The notes beneath the pieces are model-generated. The model did not search any database. It had not been told where the DNA came from and worked only from the letters and a program-made list of their open reading frames with translations. Below are positions 63,965 through 64,000 of a stretch of DNA of 64,000 nt, piece by piece. Numbering within the stretch: the stretch's first letter is position 1; every line of letters starts with the position of its first letter. The translations under genes and the position numbers were made by a program. This DNA is from Escherichia phage PHB12: the sequence record MK524178.1; one strand, 5' to 3'.

Positions 63965-64000
63965 TACCAGCCTTCCATAGGGAATTCCAGATAAACTTGA

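Noticed and set aside
1-64000. tRNA genes, CRISPR arrays, insertion sequences or prophage integration features
   Set aside because: No cloverleaf-like sequences, no regularly spaced direct repeats, and no transposase or integrase-like ORFs were seen; the repeats present are promoter and terminator copies.

Overview
This window reads as a 64-kb stretch of the early/middle region of a T4-like (Tevenvirinae) coliphage genome, with almost every gene on the minus strand and in T4 order: a glycosyltransferase fragment, topoisomerase gene 39, dexA, dda, modA-like, soc, 56, 61, sp, dmd, 41, uvsX, 42-like, 43, regA, 62, 44, 45, 46, 47, 55, nrdG, nrdD, 49, nrdC, rI, tk, regB, denV, internal proteins, lysozyme e and nudE. 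The 903-aa DNA polymerase matches, from memory, the RB69 gp43 sequence, so the phage is probably RB69 or a close relative; this needs an alignment to confirm. The most interesting region is 20534-27082 between uvsX and gene 43: where T4 has beta-glucosyltransferase, this phage carries a sugar-phosphate isomerase, a HAD-like phosphatase, a fused nucleotidyltransferase/kinase, a cysteine-rich enzyme-like protein, a divergent thymidylate-synthase-fold gene 42 homologue, a P-loop kinase-like protein and a 299-aa unknown. Together with a GT-B glycosyltransferase at the left edge and no alpha-glucosyltransferase between genes 47 and 55, this points to a non-glucose (pentose, likely arabinose) hydroxymethylcytosine modification system. 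Other notable content: early promoters nested inside inverted repeats that would sequester the downstream ribosome-binding site, a gene 43 translational operator hairpin, the lysozyme RBS hairpin, four internal-protein genes with capsid-targeting N-termini, a GrcA-like glycyl-radical cofactor, a macro-domain protein, and many UUCG-loop terminators. No tRNA, CRISPR array, transposon or intron was seen. All calls rest on reading translations by eye; coordinates of regulatory elements are approximate (about +/-2 nt), several ORF-track starts are non-ATG so internal ATG starts were chosen where an RBS supports them, and every homology claim needs BLAST/HHpred confirmation.
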